DNA of 64,000 bases. Source: the human T2T-CHM13v2.0 reference genome, Homo sapiens. The DNA is taken from NCBI RefSeq assembly GCF_009914755.1, contig NC_060937.1. One strand, written 5' to 3'. How positions within the stretch are numbered: the first letter of the stretch is position 1; every line of letters starts with the position of its first letter. Both the position numbers and the translations under genes were made by a program. Of the stretch, positions 63,000-64,000 are shown in pieces. The notes under the pieces are model-generated. The model searched no databases, had not been told where the DNA came from, and worked only from the letters and a program-made list of their open reading frames with translations.

Positions 63000-63670
63000 G
63001 CTCTGTTTAATAAACCCCTTGTTTTACAATGCTTTTCTACTGAGAAGCTAAGAAGACTACTTTTAGGGTCTTCATTAACCTTGTGCTTAAAGTATATGTT
63101 CCCAATCTTATTGCAAATTATGTTTTAGCTAACCATTTCTCAGTATATCTATTCTAACATTCCAGTTTTTCACCTGCACCCCTGAAATATGCTCCAAAGA
63201 GGACTATACTTTCCATTTTGCCTCCAGAGTCAATTTTGTAAACTTCAAACAGAGTAATCCTTTGAAAAATAAAATAAAATGATTTCATCTCCTGCTCAAA
63301 ATCCCACCAATGGCTGTCCACAACACATAAGTGTTAAGTGGTTATAATGGTTTATAGTATTTTGTACGTTGTGGCTCTTAGAAAACTTTCCAATATCTCT
63401 ACTCTTTGTCCTTCTTGCTTAGCCTATTTAAAAAGGCAATTTTGTACTACCCCTTCCCCAAGCTCTATTCCATTAATGCATTTTACTTTTCTCTAAAAAC
63501 ATGCATCATTGACAGGCATTACACCAAGTATACTTTTTATTCAATTAAAAGCTTCAGAAGGACATGACATAATTTGTAAAATCAATGATTTCACACCAGT
63601 TTTTGGATCAGCACCTCCAATATAAAGATATGTAATAATGACAAGTTTAATAAATCAGTGGATAAATAAA
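63000..63670 (+). mobile_element. L2 3' fragment
   Basis: TCCTGCTCAAAATCCCACCAATGGCT; ends AATAAATCAGTGGATAAATAAA. Confidence 0.5.
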
Positions 63671-64000
63671 CTGCCAGTTGCTTCATTGGCAAAACATAAT
63701 ATGGACTAATTCTCTCCTAAATTTTAACTTGATAAAATCAATAAATGAGAAAATATTAAGGAGTGAGAGCTTAATGTAAAAATAAAAATGGAGAAACAAG
63801 TAGTGAATGATTTGGGTTAGGTGGAATGAACAGGAGGAGGAGAAAAATAAGACCTTTGCCAATTATGATGCATAATAACTTAAAAATACAAGGAGAGAAC
63901 ATTGGGACTGTATCGAAAAACTGCTGAGTTTTTTGTTGTGTTTTATGCCTTATTTATTTTTGATAAAGGCTAGTTTAAATTGACTTTACAGAACTAGTTA

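Overview
AT-rich, repeat-dense, non-coding primate (human-like) genomic DNA, either intergenic or deep intronic. I found no credible protein-coding exon, RNA gene or CRISPR array. The ORF track consists of transposon remnants, GC-rich or low-complexity ORFs and short chance ORFs. The window holds: twelve Alus; a near full-length old primate L1 (L1PA15/16-like, 10.5-17.8 kb) with nested MSTA and Alu; a second, internally deleted L1P; a young truncated L1PA; a decayed ERV-L pol/dUTPase region with several nested insertions; solo LTRs (MLT2A x2, MSTA, MER52A, MER67, MLT1A x2); DNA transposons (Tigger2, MER1A, MER63, MER94, Charlie-type); and old L2/L1M debris. Subfamily names rest on my recall of consensus sequences and need RepeatMasker/Dfam confirmation. 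I cannot support a new biological system here. The most notable signals are: (1) an ERV1 LTR that appears to have been inserted by L1 machinery; (2) a MER52A LTR with an intact CCAAT/TATA promoter and a sharp CpG-retention gradient; (3) five or six short inverted, templated-insertion scars; (4) an ancient ~250 bp local duplication; and (5) damage to the DUX4-type motif in all three MLT2A/MSTA LTRs.
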